Shown here piece by piece: positions 1 to 9,454 of a stretch of 64,000 nucleotides of DNA; positions within the stretch are counted from its first letter, which is position 1, and the number at the start of each line of letters is the position of its first letter. Location of the stretch: contig JBNKHE010000004.1 in NCBI GenBank assembly GCA_050290185.1, forward strand, positions 160,001-224,000, read 5' to 3'. The stretch comes from Pontiella sp. GTDB lineage: Bacteria; Verrucomicrobiota; Kiritimatiellia; Kiritimatiellales; Pontiellaceae. Under the pieces are notes generated by a model. It was given only the letters and a program-made list of their open reading frames with translations, did no database searches and was not told the origin of the DNA. The position numbers and the translations under genes were made by a program.

Positions 1-1883
1 ACTTGCTGCCCGTCAGTATAATCCCACCGGCGGCCGGCATCCATGGAAGGACGGTCGTCGCGCGGCCGGGAGGCACCAAGATAGGCCACCGGGTTATCCG
101 ACCAAAGCGCCCGACGGAAGTATCCGCGCGGTTTGATGTTGTTGGCCAGATTGATCATGCCGGTCGTGAATCCGCGAGATGGCCATGGTCCCGCTTCGCC
201 CAGGTAATCAAAACCGGTCCAGATAAACTGGCCGAAGATAAAATCCTTGTCCCGGACCGACTTCCACGCATTCAGGTCATGGCGGGTTTCGCTGCCGTAG
301 AGCACGCGGTCGGGATACTGGTCGTGGTCCTGGTCATATCGAAATTCAGTATAGTTGTAGCCGACGATGTCCAGCGCTCCCGGATAGTCCGTTTCGTTGG
401 ACATCACCGCACCGGCCAGGGCCGCGGTGACTGGTCGGGATTTGTCCAGCTTGCGAACCACCGCCGCCAGCTTCTTGGCAAGCTCACCGAGGCGCTCCGC
501 CGGCGGCTGATCCGGCGAGTATCCCCCGTAAACCTTCTGCCCGATTTTCGCCCCGTCCAAAACGGGATGGCTGTAGGGATCGTTGGGATAGTCGACCTCG
601 TTGCCGATGCTCCACATGATGATCGACGGATGGTTGCGGTCACGCTTCACCATGGCCGCCAGATCACGTTCCGCCCACTCCTCGAAAAAGTCGGCCGATC
701 CCTGGAAGCCGGGGGTTCCTTTGTTCCACCCCTTGATCCATTTCTTTTTCGGATATTCCCACTCGTCGAAAGCCTCGTCCATGACCAGAAAGCCGAGTTC
801 ATCGCACAAATCATAAAGGGCCGTGGCCTGCGGATTATGGCTCATGCGGATGGCATTGCATCCGATTTCCTTGAGCTTCAGTAGACGCTCGCGCCACACC
901 TCTTTCGGCACGGCCGCGCCCAAAACTCCGGCATCGTGATGAAGGCAGCCCCCCTTGACCTTCATCCACTCGCCATTCAAAGCGAACCCCTTGTCCGGAT
1001 CGAAGGTCAGCGACCGGATACCGACCTTCGTGACCGATGCATCGATGACCTGTCCTTTCATGGAAACGGTGGTTTTGAGTTGATAGAGGTTCGGCGTCTT
1101 CAAATCCCACAGCTTCGGCTCGGGCACCTTAAGTTCCAGGCTCAATGTGGCGTCTGCATTTTTCGAAACCGATACATTCTTGCCCCCGCTCGCTACCACC
1201 GAACCATCGGGATCCATCAGTTCGTGCTGCACGACTACATCGGCGTTCTGAGCCCAATGGTTTTCGATGGTGGTCTCGACATGGACCTGCGCCGATCCCA
1301 GCTTGTTGATTTCCGTTATGCAGTAGACGCCCCACAACCCGATATGGACCGGATTGGCGGTAATCAGATGGACCGGACGATAGATCCCCGAACCCGTGAA
1401 CCAGCGGGAATCGGCGTCGAGGCTGTGATCCACACGAACGGATACCGTATTTTTTTCACCCGGCTTTGCGCAGGAAGTAATGTCGTACATGAAGGAAACG
1501 TATCCGTTCGGTCGTTTTCCCACCGAGGTTCCATTCACGAAGACCTCGCTCCGGTTGTATACCCCCTCAAAATAGAGATAGAAGCGCTTGTGCTGTTGAT
1601 CGGCAGGAATATCCAGTTGCGTCTGGTACCACCCAATGCCGCCCGGCAGATAACCCGTGCAACTGGCCTTGTCGGGACTGGCAGGAAACTCCACGCTCCA
1701 GTCGTGCGGCACCGTCACTGGGCGCCAGTCTCCTGATTTGAGTTCTCCGGTGGCACGATCGACATCATCGCCAAGATGGAACTGCCACGAAGGAATCAGC
1801 TCCGACTGCCCGAAACCCTGGGCAAAGATTGCTGTTGTCGTGGTCAAAAGCATGATGAACAGAACATAGGGGTTTGCTTTCAT
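1..1883 (-). CDS. Glycoside hydrolase family 2 (beta-galactosidase-like), secreted; 3' end runs off the window
   Basis: Absent from the ORF track (open at the edge), so translated by hand from ATG 1883. Signal peptide MKANPYVLFIMLL.., then VPHDWS, GGIGWY, YFEGVY, RWFTGSGIYR, KGGCLHHD, GCNAIRMSHNP, RDRNHPSIIMWSIGNE (acid/base) and FIWTGFDYLGE. Confidence 0.93.
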   Translation of the reverse strand, partial: MKANPYVLFIMLLTTTTAIFAQGFGQSELIPSWQFHLGDDVDRATGELKSGDWRPVTVPHDWSVEFPASPDKASCTGYLPGGIGWYQTQLDIPADQQHKRFYLYFEGVYNRSEVFVNGTSVGKRPNGYVSFMYDITSCAKPGEKNTVSVRVDHSLDADSRWFTGSGIYRPVHLITANPVHIGLWGVYCITEINKLGSAQVHVETTIENHWAQNADVVVQHELMDPDGSVVASGGKNVSVSKNADATLSLELKVPEPKLWDLKTPNLYQLKTTVSMKGQVIDASVTKVGIRSLTFDPDKGFALNGEWMKVKGGCLHHDAGVLGAAVPKEVWRERLLKLKEIGCNAIRMSHNPQATALYDLCDELGFLVMDEAFDEWEYPKKKWIKGWNKGTPGFQGSADFFEEWAERDLAAMVKRDRNHPSIIMWSIGNEVDYPNDPYSHPVLDGAKIGQKVYGGYSPDQPPAERLGELAKKLAAVVRKLDKSRPVTAALAGAVMSNETDYPGALDIVGYNYTEFRYDQDHDQYPDRVLYGSETRHDLNAWKSVRDKDFIFGQFIWTGFDYLGEAGPWPSRGFTTGMINLANNIKPRGYFRRALWSDNPVAYLGASRPRDDRPSMDAGRRWDYTDGQQ

Positions 1884-1986
1884 TTCAACATACTCCAGTT
1901 GCCAAGTGCATGGAATTGTACGCAATCATCGCCCTGAAACCAGTTCTTTCCTTTGACGCACACGGCATTAGAGCCCAAGGTGCGCT

Positions 1987-2733
1987 ATGAGTATTATTTA
2001 TGAAGAGCTGGATTTCCGGCAAACATCCATCGGCGACCTGATGCTGCGGCGTCGGCGCATGCCGCAGTTCGGGGATCGCGACATCTATGAAGTAAAGCTG
2101 GGCGAGGACTTCCTGATGACCAGCCTGTTTCATGAAGCTGAAACGCAACTGGCCAGACTGGGATTGGCGGCGCTGGAACATGCCGGACTTGACGTTGTTG
2201 TTGGCGGGATTGGACTGGGATATACCGCGGTCGCCGCGCTGGAGGATAAGCGGGTGGACTCGCTCGTGGTAGTCGACTATCTCGAAAGTGTTATTGAATG
2301 GCACCGGACCGGTTTGGTTCCTCTGGGGAAAATTCTTATGGATGATACGCGCTGCACGCTGGTGCACGCCGACTTTTTCGCCATGGCCCGAGATACCGCA
2401 AACAGCTTCGATCCCGTTGCTCCAGTCAAAAAACACGATGCCATCCTGCTGGATATCGACCATACGCCGACGAACGTATTGCACCAGACCAACACGCACT
2501 TCTACACCGAAGCGGGACTGACCGAACTCGCACAGCATCTGAAACCCACCGGCGTGTTTGCCATGTGGGCAGACGGCGAACCGGAGGCCAGCTTTACCGC
2601 TCACCTAAGACAGGTGTTTCCATTGGCCACAGCCCACCGAATCGAGTTCGACAACCCCGTCACTGGCGGATCATCCGTAGGGGCCGTCTACGTGGCTAAA
2701 ATGACCACATCCCATGTCTGCGAACCGGTATAA
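1987..2733 (+). CDS. Spermidine-synthase-like class I SAM-dependent methyltransferase
   Basis: FLMTS..EAE..LA, SAM motif VVVGGIGLGYT, DAILLDIDH, LKPTGVFAMW. Confidence 0.8.
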   Translation: MSIIYEELDFRQTSIGDLMLRRRRMPQFGDRDIYEVKLGEDFLMTSLFHEAETQLARLGLAALEHAGLDVVVGGIGLGYTAVAALEDKRVDSLVVVDYLESVIEWHRTGLVPLGKILMDDTRCTLVHADFFAMARDTANSFDPVAPVKKHDAILLDIDHTPTNVLHQTNTHFYTEAGLTELAQHLKPTGVFAMWADGEPEASFTAHLRQVFPLATAHRIEFDNPVTGGSSVGAVYVAKMTTSHVCEPV

Positions 2734-2791
2734 ACGGGCGGAAAATTTCACAGGCATCAGCCGCGCGTGCGTCTTTATCCAGTCTGGACAC

Positions 2792-2814
2792 AAAAAAACC
2801 GCCTTTCGGCGGTT
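2792..2814 (-). terminator. Intrinsic terminator downstream of tRNA-Pro
   Basis: Minus strand AACCGCC-GAAA-GGCGGTT running into a T tract. Confidence 0.8.
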
Positions 2815-2818
2815 AAAG

Positions 2819-2895
2819 TGGTCGGGGCGACTGGATTTGAACCAGCGGCCTCTACACCCCCAGTGTAGCGCTCTACCAGGCTGAGCCACGCCCCG
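2819..2895 (-). tRNA. tRNA-Pro (anticodon GGG)
   Basis: Reverse complement CGGGGCGTGGCTCAGCCTGGTAGAGCGCTACACTGGGGGTGTAGAGGCCGCTGGTTCAAATCCAGTCGCCCCGACCA: 77 nt cloverleaf, anticodon stem CTACA/TGTAG, GTTCAAA T-loop, encoded CCA. Confidence 0.97.
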
Positions 2896-2926
2896 ATTTC
2901 CAATTGTTTAGCAATTGAAGGCGCAG

Positions 2927-2955
2927 AAAGTATCACGGAGAGCGAGGGGCGTCAA
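2927..2955 (-). promoter_or_regulatory. Sigma70-type promoter of tRNA-Pro
   Basis: TTGACG-N17-TACTTT with extended TG, followed by a GC-rich discriminator. Confidence 0.65.
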
Positions 2956-3023
2956 CGTCCGCCACCGAAAAAACGAGCGCCCTTTTGCTTTTAAATGCGT
3001 ATTGGAACTCTACAATGTGCGCC

Positions 3024-4751
3024 ATGAACAAATTTCCCGAAATCCCGAGCGATCAGCTCGAAAAATATTCTTCCGCGATTTCCCTTTCGGACATGGAAAT
3101 CTTCGTCTTTCCCGAGCTGCTTTACAGTTTGGTGCTGGCCAATATCATGTCGCCGCGCATCTGGGAATGGAAAAACCACGACTGGTTCCGCAAGCTCGAC
3201 AAGATGAAGCCGTACAAGAAGATCCAGCGGCTGAAGCAATTCATCATCGACCACTATGAATTCAATCTCGACCTCGATACCTGGGGACTGACCACCAAGG
3301 AAGCCGAAGTAGCCCGCTTTGCGCCCTACATGGACGAAAAAACCATCGGCCAGAGCAATGCGCTTTTCGGCTACGAAGGCGACAAACACTACTTCTCGCT
3401 CGATATCCGCAAGCACTTCGGCCTCGATAATTACACATCAAACATCATCCCCTTCTGGAAGACGGAAACGCTGGAGGCGATGGATGCCTTTCAATTCAAG
3501 GATGAGTATCGCGTCGGCGCCGGCGAATGCGTTTCGCTTTCCACGCTCTACGCCGCCGCGCTTTTCATCATTTGCGACGTTCCGCTGGAAGACATTTTCC
3601 TGATCGCCACCCCCCTGCATTCGCAAAACTTTATCAATGTGAACGATGGCGTCCTGACAAACAACCGCCGGCTGGTCACGAAGAACATGTGGTTTAACGG
3701 GACCGACCTCACGGCCAAGGCGCAACGCGCCCTGCGCCACGAACAGGTCACCATCGTCGCCAACAATACCGGCTATATCCATACCGTATATCCCGAAGCC
3801 ACAATTACGCCCGAAAGCTTCGAGCTCTTCCACGAAAAGCTCGACGCCTTCACCACCACTGATATTACCTTCGAAATCCTCGCCAACTTCCTGCGCGACC
3901 GCTCCGAGTATCAAAAGTGCTTCCAGATCAAGTATGTCCGTCACGGCAAGGAGCAGTATTTGCCAATTGAAAGGGCCTTCGCCTACGAGCATGGATCACC
4001 CTACAAGGTTTCCGACGATGCCACGCGCGACAAGCTGCTGGATGAGATCGACGAGTACGACTTCTACACCGAGCCGATCGCCGACCGTATCCAGCTCAAC
4101 AAGCTTAGCGACTACCTCAAGAACAATCCCATCTCGCACTTCGACGACGAAAGCATGAAAGGGCTGGCTGACAAGATCGACTGCACCAACGACATGACCC
4201 GCAAAATGTCGGTCATTGAAGGCCTTGTCGACTTCGTCCATCTGGATCCCGAGTTGCCCGACGTCGGAAACAAGCAATTCAACGGGCCCGGCCCGATTGA
4301 GATCAAGCCCAGCATGAAACGGGAAGAGATCATTACCTATCTCTCGGGTATCCGCACCAAGCATACGGTCGCCGATCTGGCGTTCTACGCCAGCCGCGAC
4401 CTTGCCGTCACCGATTGGAACCCCTTCCTGAAGGCCGCCTTCGAACGCAACCCCGTCATTATCGACGCGACCAAGGAACTGCCCGACGACGATCTCGTCT
4501 CTTTGCTGCAAGGCCTGCCCAACGAGTCGATCTACGACAGCACGCGCATCGCCCAGCCCGACGAAGTCTGGAACTTCCAGCGCGGCGATGGTCTTGAACG
4601 CGCAATTGCCCTGGCCGACGTGTGGAAAATCCGGTATCCGGAAGAGCCCATCGAACTTGCGGCATCGGAAAATGAAGTCGTTATAAAGCGCTCGCAACAA
4701 GAAGTCCGTTTCGCATCGAACAAAGGTCTGGTTAAAACGCTTTTGGTTTAA
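3024..4751 (+). CDS. Hypothetical protein with putative transglutaminase-like (Cys-His) motifs
   Basis: Long ORF with strong coding bias (start ATG 3024 or 3015); GAGECVSLSTLYAAAL...PLHSQNF and a C-terminal QPDEVWNFQRGDGLERAIALA. Function is an inference. Confidence 0.75.
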   Translation: MNKFPEIPSDQLEKYSSAISLSDMEIFVFPELLYSLVLANIMSPRIWEWKNHDWFRKLDKMKPYKKIQRLKQFIIDHYEFNLDLDTWGLTTKEAEVARFAPYMDEKTIGQSNALFGYEGDKHYFSLDIRKHFGLDNYTSNIIPFWKTETLEAMDAFQFKDEYRVGAGECVSLSTLYAAALFIICDVPLEDIFLIATPLHSQNFINVNDGVLTNNRRLVTKNMWFNGTDLTAKAQRALRHEQVTIVANNTGYIHTVYPEATITPESFELFHEKLDAFTTTDITFEILANFLRDRSEYQKCFQIKYVRHGKEQYLPIERAFAYEHGSPYKVSDDATRDKLLDEIDEYDFYTEPIADRIQLNKLSDYLKNNPISHFDDESMKGLADKIDCTNDMTRKMSVIEGLVDFVHLDPELPDVGNKQFNGPGPIEIKPSMKREEIITYLSGIRTKHTVADLAFYASRDLAVTDWNPFLKAAFERNPVIIDATKELPDDDLVSLLQGLPNESIYDSTRIAQPDEVWNFQRGDGLERAIALADVWKIRYPEEPIELAASENEVVIKRSQQEVRFASNKGLVKTLLV

Positions 4752-4761
4752 TGGAGGGCAC

Positions 4762-5092
4762 ATGGGCATTCTAGGAAATCTACTCTTTCGGGGTGGCGCG
4801 GACGAAAACACCGGCATTCCCATCCTCGTTGAGCACGGTGCCCTCATTATCGATACGCGTACAGCGGACGAGTTTGCAGCAGGCCATATCGAAGGTGCCA
4901 TCAATCTTCCATACAACGTGATCGGCAATGCCATCAAGGATCACGAGCCTCTCCATACCAGATCCATCATTGTCTATTGCCACAGCGGCGCGCGATCGGC
5001 CGCTGCAAAAAAAAACGTTGGACAAAGCAGGCTATACCCATGTTGTCAACGGTGGCGGGTTGCACCATATGAAACGAGAGCTTGGCCAATAG
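4762..5092 (+). pseudogene. Rhodanese-like protein, frameshifted at an A9 tract (5007-5015)
   Basis: IIDTRTADEFAAGHIEGAINLP and active site VYCHSGARS. Removing one A gives the canonical C-terminus AKKTLDKAGYTHVVNGGGLHHMKRELGQ* ending at TAG 5090-5092. Confidence 0.85.
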
Positions 5093-5135
5093 ATTTCTGC
5101 GGCAGGCTTCATTTCTATGCTAATCTCCCTTCGTC

Positions 5136-5894
5136 ATGAAGGCACACCAGGCAGAGTTTCGCTTCTACGAGGAGCTGAACGACTTTCTTCCGAAAGAGAA
5201 GCAGAAGCGCTCTATTCCATACGCATTCAACGGCCATCCGGGCATCAAGGACCCGATCGAATCCCTCGGGGTTCCGCATACGGAAGTGGATCTGGTCGTG
5301 GTGAATGGCCAATCGGTCGGATTCGACTACCAACTACAGCCCGATGACCGCGTAGCGGTCTATCCCGCTTTTGAAAGCCTCGACATTGTTCCCATTGTCA
5401 AACTGCGTGGCGAGCCCCTGCGCAAGACCGCCTTCATCCTCGATGTCCATCTCGGCAAGCTCGCCCGCATCCTGCGCATGCTTGGATTCGATGTGCTCTA
5501 CCGCACCGACTATGACGACCCGGAAATCATCCGTATCGCATTGGAAGAACGCCGCATCATACTCACGCGCGACCGGCGTATGTTGTTCAACAAATGCATT
5601 ACCCACGGCTATTGGCTTCATTCAACCCATTCCGAAGAACAGGCCCGCGAAGTCATTGACCGCTTCGATCTTTCCCGTCAAATCCGGAAATTCCTGCATT
5701 GCCCGCTCTGCAACGGCCTGCTGCGGTCCGTTGAGAAAGGCGATATTCTCGATCGTCTCGAACCGCTGACCATCCAGTACTATTCTGAATTCTACCAATG
5801 CCCCGCCTGCCGGCAAGTCTACTGGAAAGGCACCCACTACGACCGCATCGTCGACAAACTCGACGCCATCATTGAATCCTGCCGAAACCCTTGA
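5136..5894 (+). CDS. Mut7-C RNase domain protein with N-terminal ubiquitin-like domain
   Basis: FRFYEELNDFL..IKDPIESLGVPHTEV (Ub-Mut7C); FILDVHLGKLARILRMLGFD, ILTRD, CPLCNG..CPAC..YWKGTH. Confidence 0.92.
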   Translation: MKAHQAEFRFYEELNDFLPKEKQKRSIPYAFNGHPGIKDPIESLGVPHTEVDLVVVNGQSVGFDYQLQPDDRVAVYPAFESLDIVPIVKLRGEPLRKTAFILDVHLGKLARILRMLGFDVLYRTDYDDPEIIRIALEERRIILTRDRRMLFNKCITHGYWLHSTHSEEQAREVIDRFDLSRQIRKFLHCPLCNGLLRSVEKGDILDRLEPLTIQYYSEFYQCPACRQVYWKGTHYDRIVDKLDAIIESCRNP

Positions 5895-5923
5895 TACACT
5901 ACCCGTATTAAAGGAAGTGGATT

Positions 5924-6655
5924 ATGTGCGAATCATGCGGATGCGGAACAGCGAACGAGCTGCACCATCACGAACATGGGCATGACCATCATCATGAACA
6001 TTCCCATACCAAAACCGTGACGCTGGAGCAGAAGGTGCTGGCCCGGAACGATGCGCTGGCCGATAAAAACCGCGCATGGCTGGCAGAACGCGGCGTGACG
6101 GCGATCAACCTGATCTCCGCACCGGGCTCCGGAAAAACCCTGTTACTCGAAAAGACCCTTGAACGGCTCAGCGGGAAGATCAAGTGCGCCGTCATTACCG
6201 GCGACCAGCAAACCGATCGCGATGCGCAACGGCTTCAGGACAAGGGCGCACGGATTCACCAGATTGAAACGATTAGTTCCTGCCATCTTGATGCGCACCA
6301 GATATCGCACGCCCTGCCCCATGTCGTCGGGGACGACACGAAGCTCCTGTTTATCGAGAACGTCGGAAACATGGTCTGCCCGACCGCCTTCGAACTCGGG
6401 GAAAGTTTTAAGGTGGCGTTGCTATCCACACCTGAGGGTGAAGACAAACCGATCAAGTATCCGGTGCTGTTTGCCATATCCAAGGTGATCCTTCTCACCA
6501 AAATGGATCTGGCCGAAACACTCGATTGGGATCTTTCCGCCTGCCGTAAATATATTCAGCAGGTCCAGCCCGGTGCGAATGTGATCGAACTCAGCGCGAA
6601 AACCAGCGACGGCATGGATGCATGGATCGACTACCTTGAACGCCTGATTCAATAA
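5924..6655 (+). CDS. hypB: Hydrogenase nickel-incorporation GTPase HypB
   Basis: MCESCGC, His-rich tract, SAPGSGKT, CHLDA, IENVGNMVCP, EGEDKPIKYP. Confidence 0.92.
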   Translation: MCESCGCGTANELHHHEHGHDHHHEHSHTKTVTLEQKVLARNDALADKNRAWLAERGVTAINLISAPGSGKTLLLEKTLERLSGKIKCAVITGDQQTDRDAQRLQDKGARIHQIETISSCHLDAHQISHALPHVVGDDTKLLFIENVGNMVCPTAFELGESFKVALLSTPEGEDKPIKYPVLFAISKVILLTKMDLAETLDWDLSACRKYIQQVQPGANVIELSAKTSDGMDAWIDYLERLIQ

Positions 6656-7353
6656 TGTAGACGCGGATTCCACCACATTGAGTCTTCCGGATAAGGCGCC
6701 TCAACGATGACCGGCGTTTTTAGCGTTGGGTGCGTGATTTCCAGCTGGCGGTGGTGGAGCGCGATTTCGCCATTGGGCGATTTCTGATTCGCACCGTATT
6801 TTTCATCGCCGGCGATCGGGCATCCGATCGCCGCGAGCTGGGCGCGGATCTGATGGTAGCGTCCGGTTTCAAGGTCGATCTCCAGCAGAATCAGGTTTTC
6901 AACCTGCTTAAGTGTCCGATAGCTCAATACGGCGCGTTGTGCGCCGGTGTCTCCTTCGCGGCACATCTCGGCCCGATGGTGTTCGTGCGATAGCCAATGG
7001 ACGAGTTTGTCTTCGGGCTTTGGTGGTTTTCCTTCGACGAGGGCGTGATAGATCTTCTTGCAGTTGCGCGAGCGTATATCCGCGTTAAGACGGGCGAGCG
7101 CCTTGCTCGTTCGGGCAAAGAGAACGACACCGCTGACGGTGCGGTCGATCCGGTGCACCGCATTGAGGAAAACCGCTCCGGACTTGGCCTTGTCCACCCG
7201 CACCCATTCACGCGCCCAGTCCTCCAGGTTGCGCAGACCGGTCCCGCTGTCCTGCGAAAGCAATCCCGCAGGCTTGTTCACCGCCAACAGGTGGTTGTCC
7301 GCAAAAAGAATCAGCGGCTCCAGTTCAGACGCTCTGTAGGATGGATTGCTCAT
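6649..7353 (-). CDS. RluA-family pseudouridine synthase
   Basis: VNKPAG, VHRIDRTVSG (catalytic Asp), TGRYHQIR, GCPIAGDEKYG. Confidence 0.92.
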   Translation of the reverse strand: MSNPSYRASELEPLILFADNHLLAVNKPAGLLSQDSGTGLRNLEDWAREWVRVDKAKSGAVFLNAVHRIDRTVSGVVLFARTSKALARLNADIRSRNCKKIYHALVEGKPPKPEDKLVHWLSHEHHRAEMCREGDTGAQRAVLSYRTLKQVENLILLEIDLETGRYHQIRAQLAAIGCPIAGDEKYGANQKSPNGEIALHHRQLEITHPTLKTPVIVEAPYPEDSMWWNPRLHY

Positions 7354-7441
7354 AGAGGCAGAATTCTCCACACAAAGGCATGAAGCCACAAAGACTGGGA
7401 ATTGGTTTTCCTTAGTGATTTGGTGTCTCTGTGTGATTCAC

Positions 7442-8287
7442 TCATTCGTTGATCCAGCGGGCCCAGTTTCCGTTGGGAAGTTCCATGACGCCGGGCTTGC
7501 CGGTCAGGAGCATTTCGCCGCATTCGAAGCGGCCGCTGGCATGGTATTGCTGCAACAGGTTTCGGAGAACGATCGGCGAAAAACCGGGTGTATGGGAAGT
7601 GAGCAGGACAAAGGCGGGATCATCGGACAAAACCCGATGAACCAGATCCAGCGTTTCCATCAGGCTTTCCTCGATCTTGTAGAGCTCGCCTTTTTTCCCG
7701 CGTCCAAACGAAGGAGGATCAAGCAGTATGCCGTCATAACGGTTTTCACGCTTCACTTCACGGCGCAGAAACTTGATGACATCGTCAACGATCCAGCGGA
7801 TCGGTGCATCCTGCAGATTATTGAGCGCCGCGTTTTCGCGCGCCCAGTCAACCATGCCCCTGGAGGCGTCAAGATGGCAGCAGGCTGCGCCGGATTGAGC
7901 CGCGGCAAGCGTAGCTCCACCGGAATAGGCAAACAGGTTCAGAAACTTCAGCTGCCGCCCTTTGCTTTTACCCTGCTTTTTAAGCGTATCGCGGATCCAT
8001 GTCCATAGCGCACGCGTTTCGGGAAAAACGCCAAGATGGCCGAAATCCGTGGCAGACAGCTTCATGACAACACCGGCAATTTCCACGTTCCACGAATCGG
8101 AAAGGCTTCCGCGCCCCCGCCAGTTCAAGCCATCAGTACGGTCAAAACGGGCATCGGCATCTTCCCAGCATTTGACGTTTTGTGGCTTCCATACCGCCTG
8201 GGCACAGGGTCGTTCGAGCACAGCATCGCCAAAGCGCTCCAGTTTTCTTCCGCTACCGCTGTCGAGAAGCTCGTATCCATCGTTCAT
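7442..8287 (-). CDS. Class I SAM-dependent RNA methyltransferase (RlmI/RlmK-like)
   Basis: [38 protein letters not shown]. Confidence 0.85.
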   Translation of the reverse strand: MNDGYELLDSGSGRKLERFGDAVLERPCAQAVWKPQNVKCWEDADARFDRTDGLNWRGRGSLSDSWNVEIAGVVMKLSATDFGHLGVFPETRALWTWIRDTLKKQGKSKGRQLKFLNLFAYSGGATLAAAQSGAACCHLDASRGMVDWARENAALNNLQDAPIRWIVDDVIKFLRREVKRENRYDGILLDPPSFGRGKKGELYKIEESLMETLDLVHRVLSDDPAFVLLTSHTPGFSPIVLRNLLQQYHASGRFECGEMLLTGKPGVMELPNGNWARWINE

Positions 8288-8302
8288 GACCATCTCCAAA
8301 TC

Positions 8303-9436
8303 CTATACTTTCCTCGCCCGGTCCTTGAAGAGATTGCGGGATGACCGCGAGGGTGCGCTCATGCTTGTATGCGCAATATTAACTAGAATCCCGATCATCA
8401 CCCCAGAGATGAGCAGGCTTGATCCGCCGTAGCTGATGAACGGGAGCGCCAATCCCTTGGTCGGCACGCAGCCGGTTACCACTGCAAAATTGATGAGCGC
8501 CTGAATGGAAATCATGAGCGTAATTCCAAAGGCGATCAGGCGACCGAAATCATCGCGGGCGCGGAACGCAATCGTCAGCCCCAGTCCAAACAACGTCAAG
8601 TAGAGGAACACCACGATAAGTGATGCAATCAAGCCCAGTTCCTCACCCAAAATGGGAAAAATGAAATCGGTATGCGCTTCAGGCAGGTAATGGTATTTCT
8701 GCATGCTGTTTCCAAAACCCTGGCCCCGCCACCAGCCGTTCTGTCCACCGTTGGCAAAAGCGCGCAATGAATTCACCAACTGCCACGCTTCGTCCTGTTC
8801 GTACTTCTGCGGATTGAGAAAGGCAATGATGCGTCCCATACGTTCCGAGTTCATGGCTATCAAGGTGGCCACCGACATTAATCCCGCCAAGCCTGTAACC
8901 AGCAATGGTCCTATGCCCACGCCCCCCAGGAACATCATACAAACCGCGACACAGGAAATGAGCAGCGTGGTTCCAAAGTCGGGCTCGATAAGGATTGCCA
9001 AGGCGAAACAGCCGAGCATGGCGAACGGTATGAGGATCCCGCGTTTGAACTCATCAATGCGCCGCTGTTCTCTGGCCAGCCACCATGCGAATAAAAGAAT
9101 AACGGATATCTTTGCCAGCTCCGAAGGCTGGAAGGTAAATCCGGCCACGTGGATCCAACGATGGCTGCCATTGATCGCAGGAAAAAACAGCCTGACCGCA
9201 ATCAGCAAGATCAAGGACACTGCGGCGAGCGGTACGGCCATATGCCGGTACAGACGGTAGTCCAGCCGGGCGGCAACGGCCGCGGCGCAAAAGGCAAGCG
9301 CCAGCCAAATAAGCTGGCGCACCCAGTAGTATGAAGCATTTTCGTATCTGGTTGAGCTGGCACTCGCGAGAATCAGAATGCCGAGCGTAACGAGAATCAA
9401 TACAATGGCTATAAAAAGCGATATGGCTCTACGCAT
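8303..9436 (-). CDS. ftsW: SEDS peptidoglycan polymerase FtsW
   Basis: INGSHRWI, FQPSELAK, EPDFGT, LPEAHTDFIF, PTKGLALPFISYGGSS; dcw position. Confidence 0.95.
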   Translation of the reverse strand: MRRAISLFIAIVLILVTLGILILASASSTRYENASYYWVRQLIWLALAFCAAAVAARLDYRLYRHMAVPLAAVSLILLIAVRLFFPAINGSHRWIHVAGFTFQPSELAKISVILLFAWWLAREQRRIDEFKRGILIPFAMLGCFALAILIEPDFGTTLLISCVAVCMMFLGGVGIGPLLVTGLAGLMSVATLIAMNSERMGRIIAFLNPQKYEQDEAWQLVNSLRAFANGGQNGWWRGQGFGNSMQKYHYLPEAHTDFIFPILGEELGLIASLIVVFLYLTLFGLGLTIAFRARDDFGRLIAFGITLMISIQALINFAVVTGCVPTKGLALPFISYGGSSLLISGVMIGILVNIAHTSMSAPSRSSRNLFKDRARKV

Positions 9437-9454
9437 TGATCCCCGTGACCTCAA

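Noticed and set aside
3..1736. Plus-strand ORFs of 293 and 266 aa
   Set aside because: Antisense shadows of the minus-strand GH2 gene, with no recognisable motifs
2819..2895. tRNA-Pro as an integration site for a genomic island
   Set aside because: No integrase and no duplicated tRNA 3' end seen in the window
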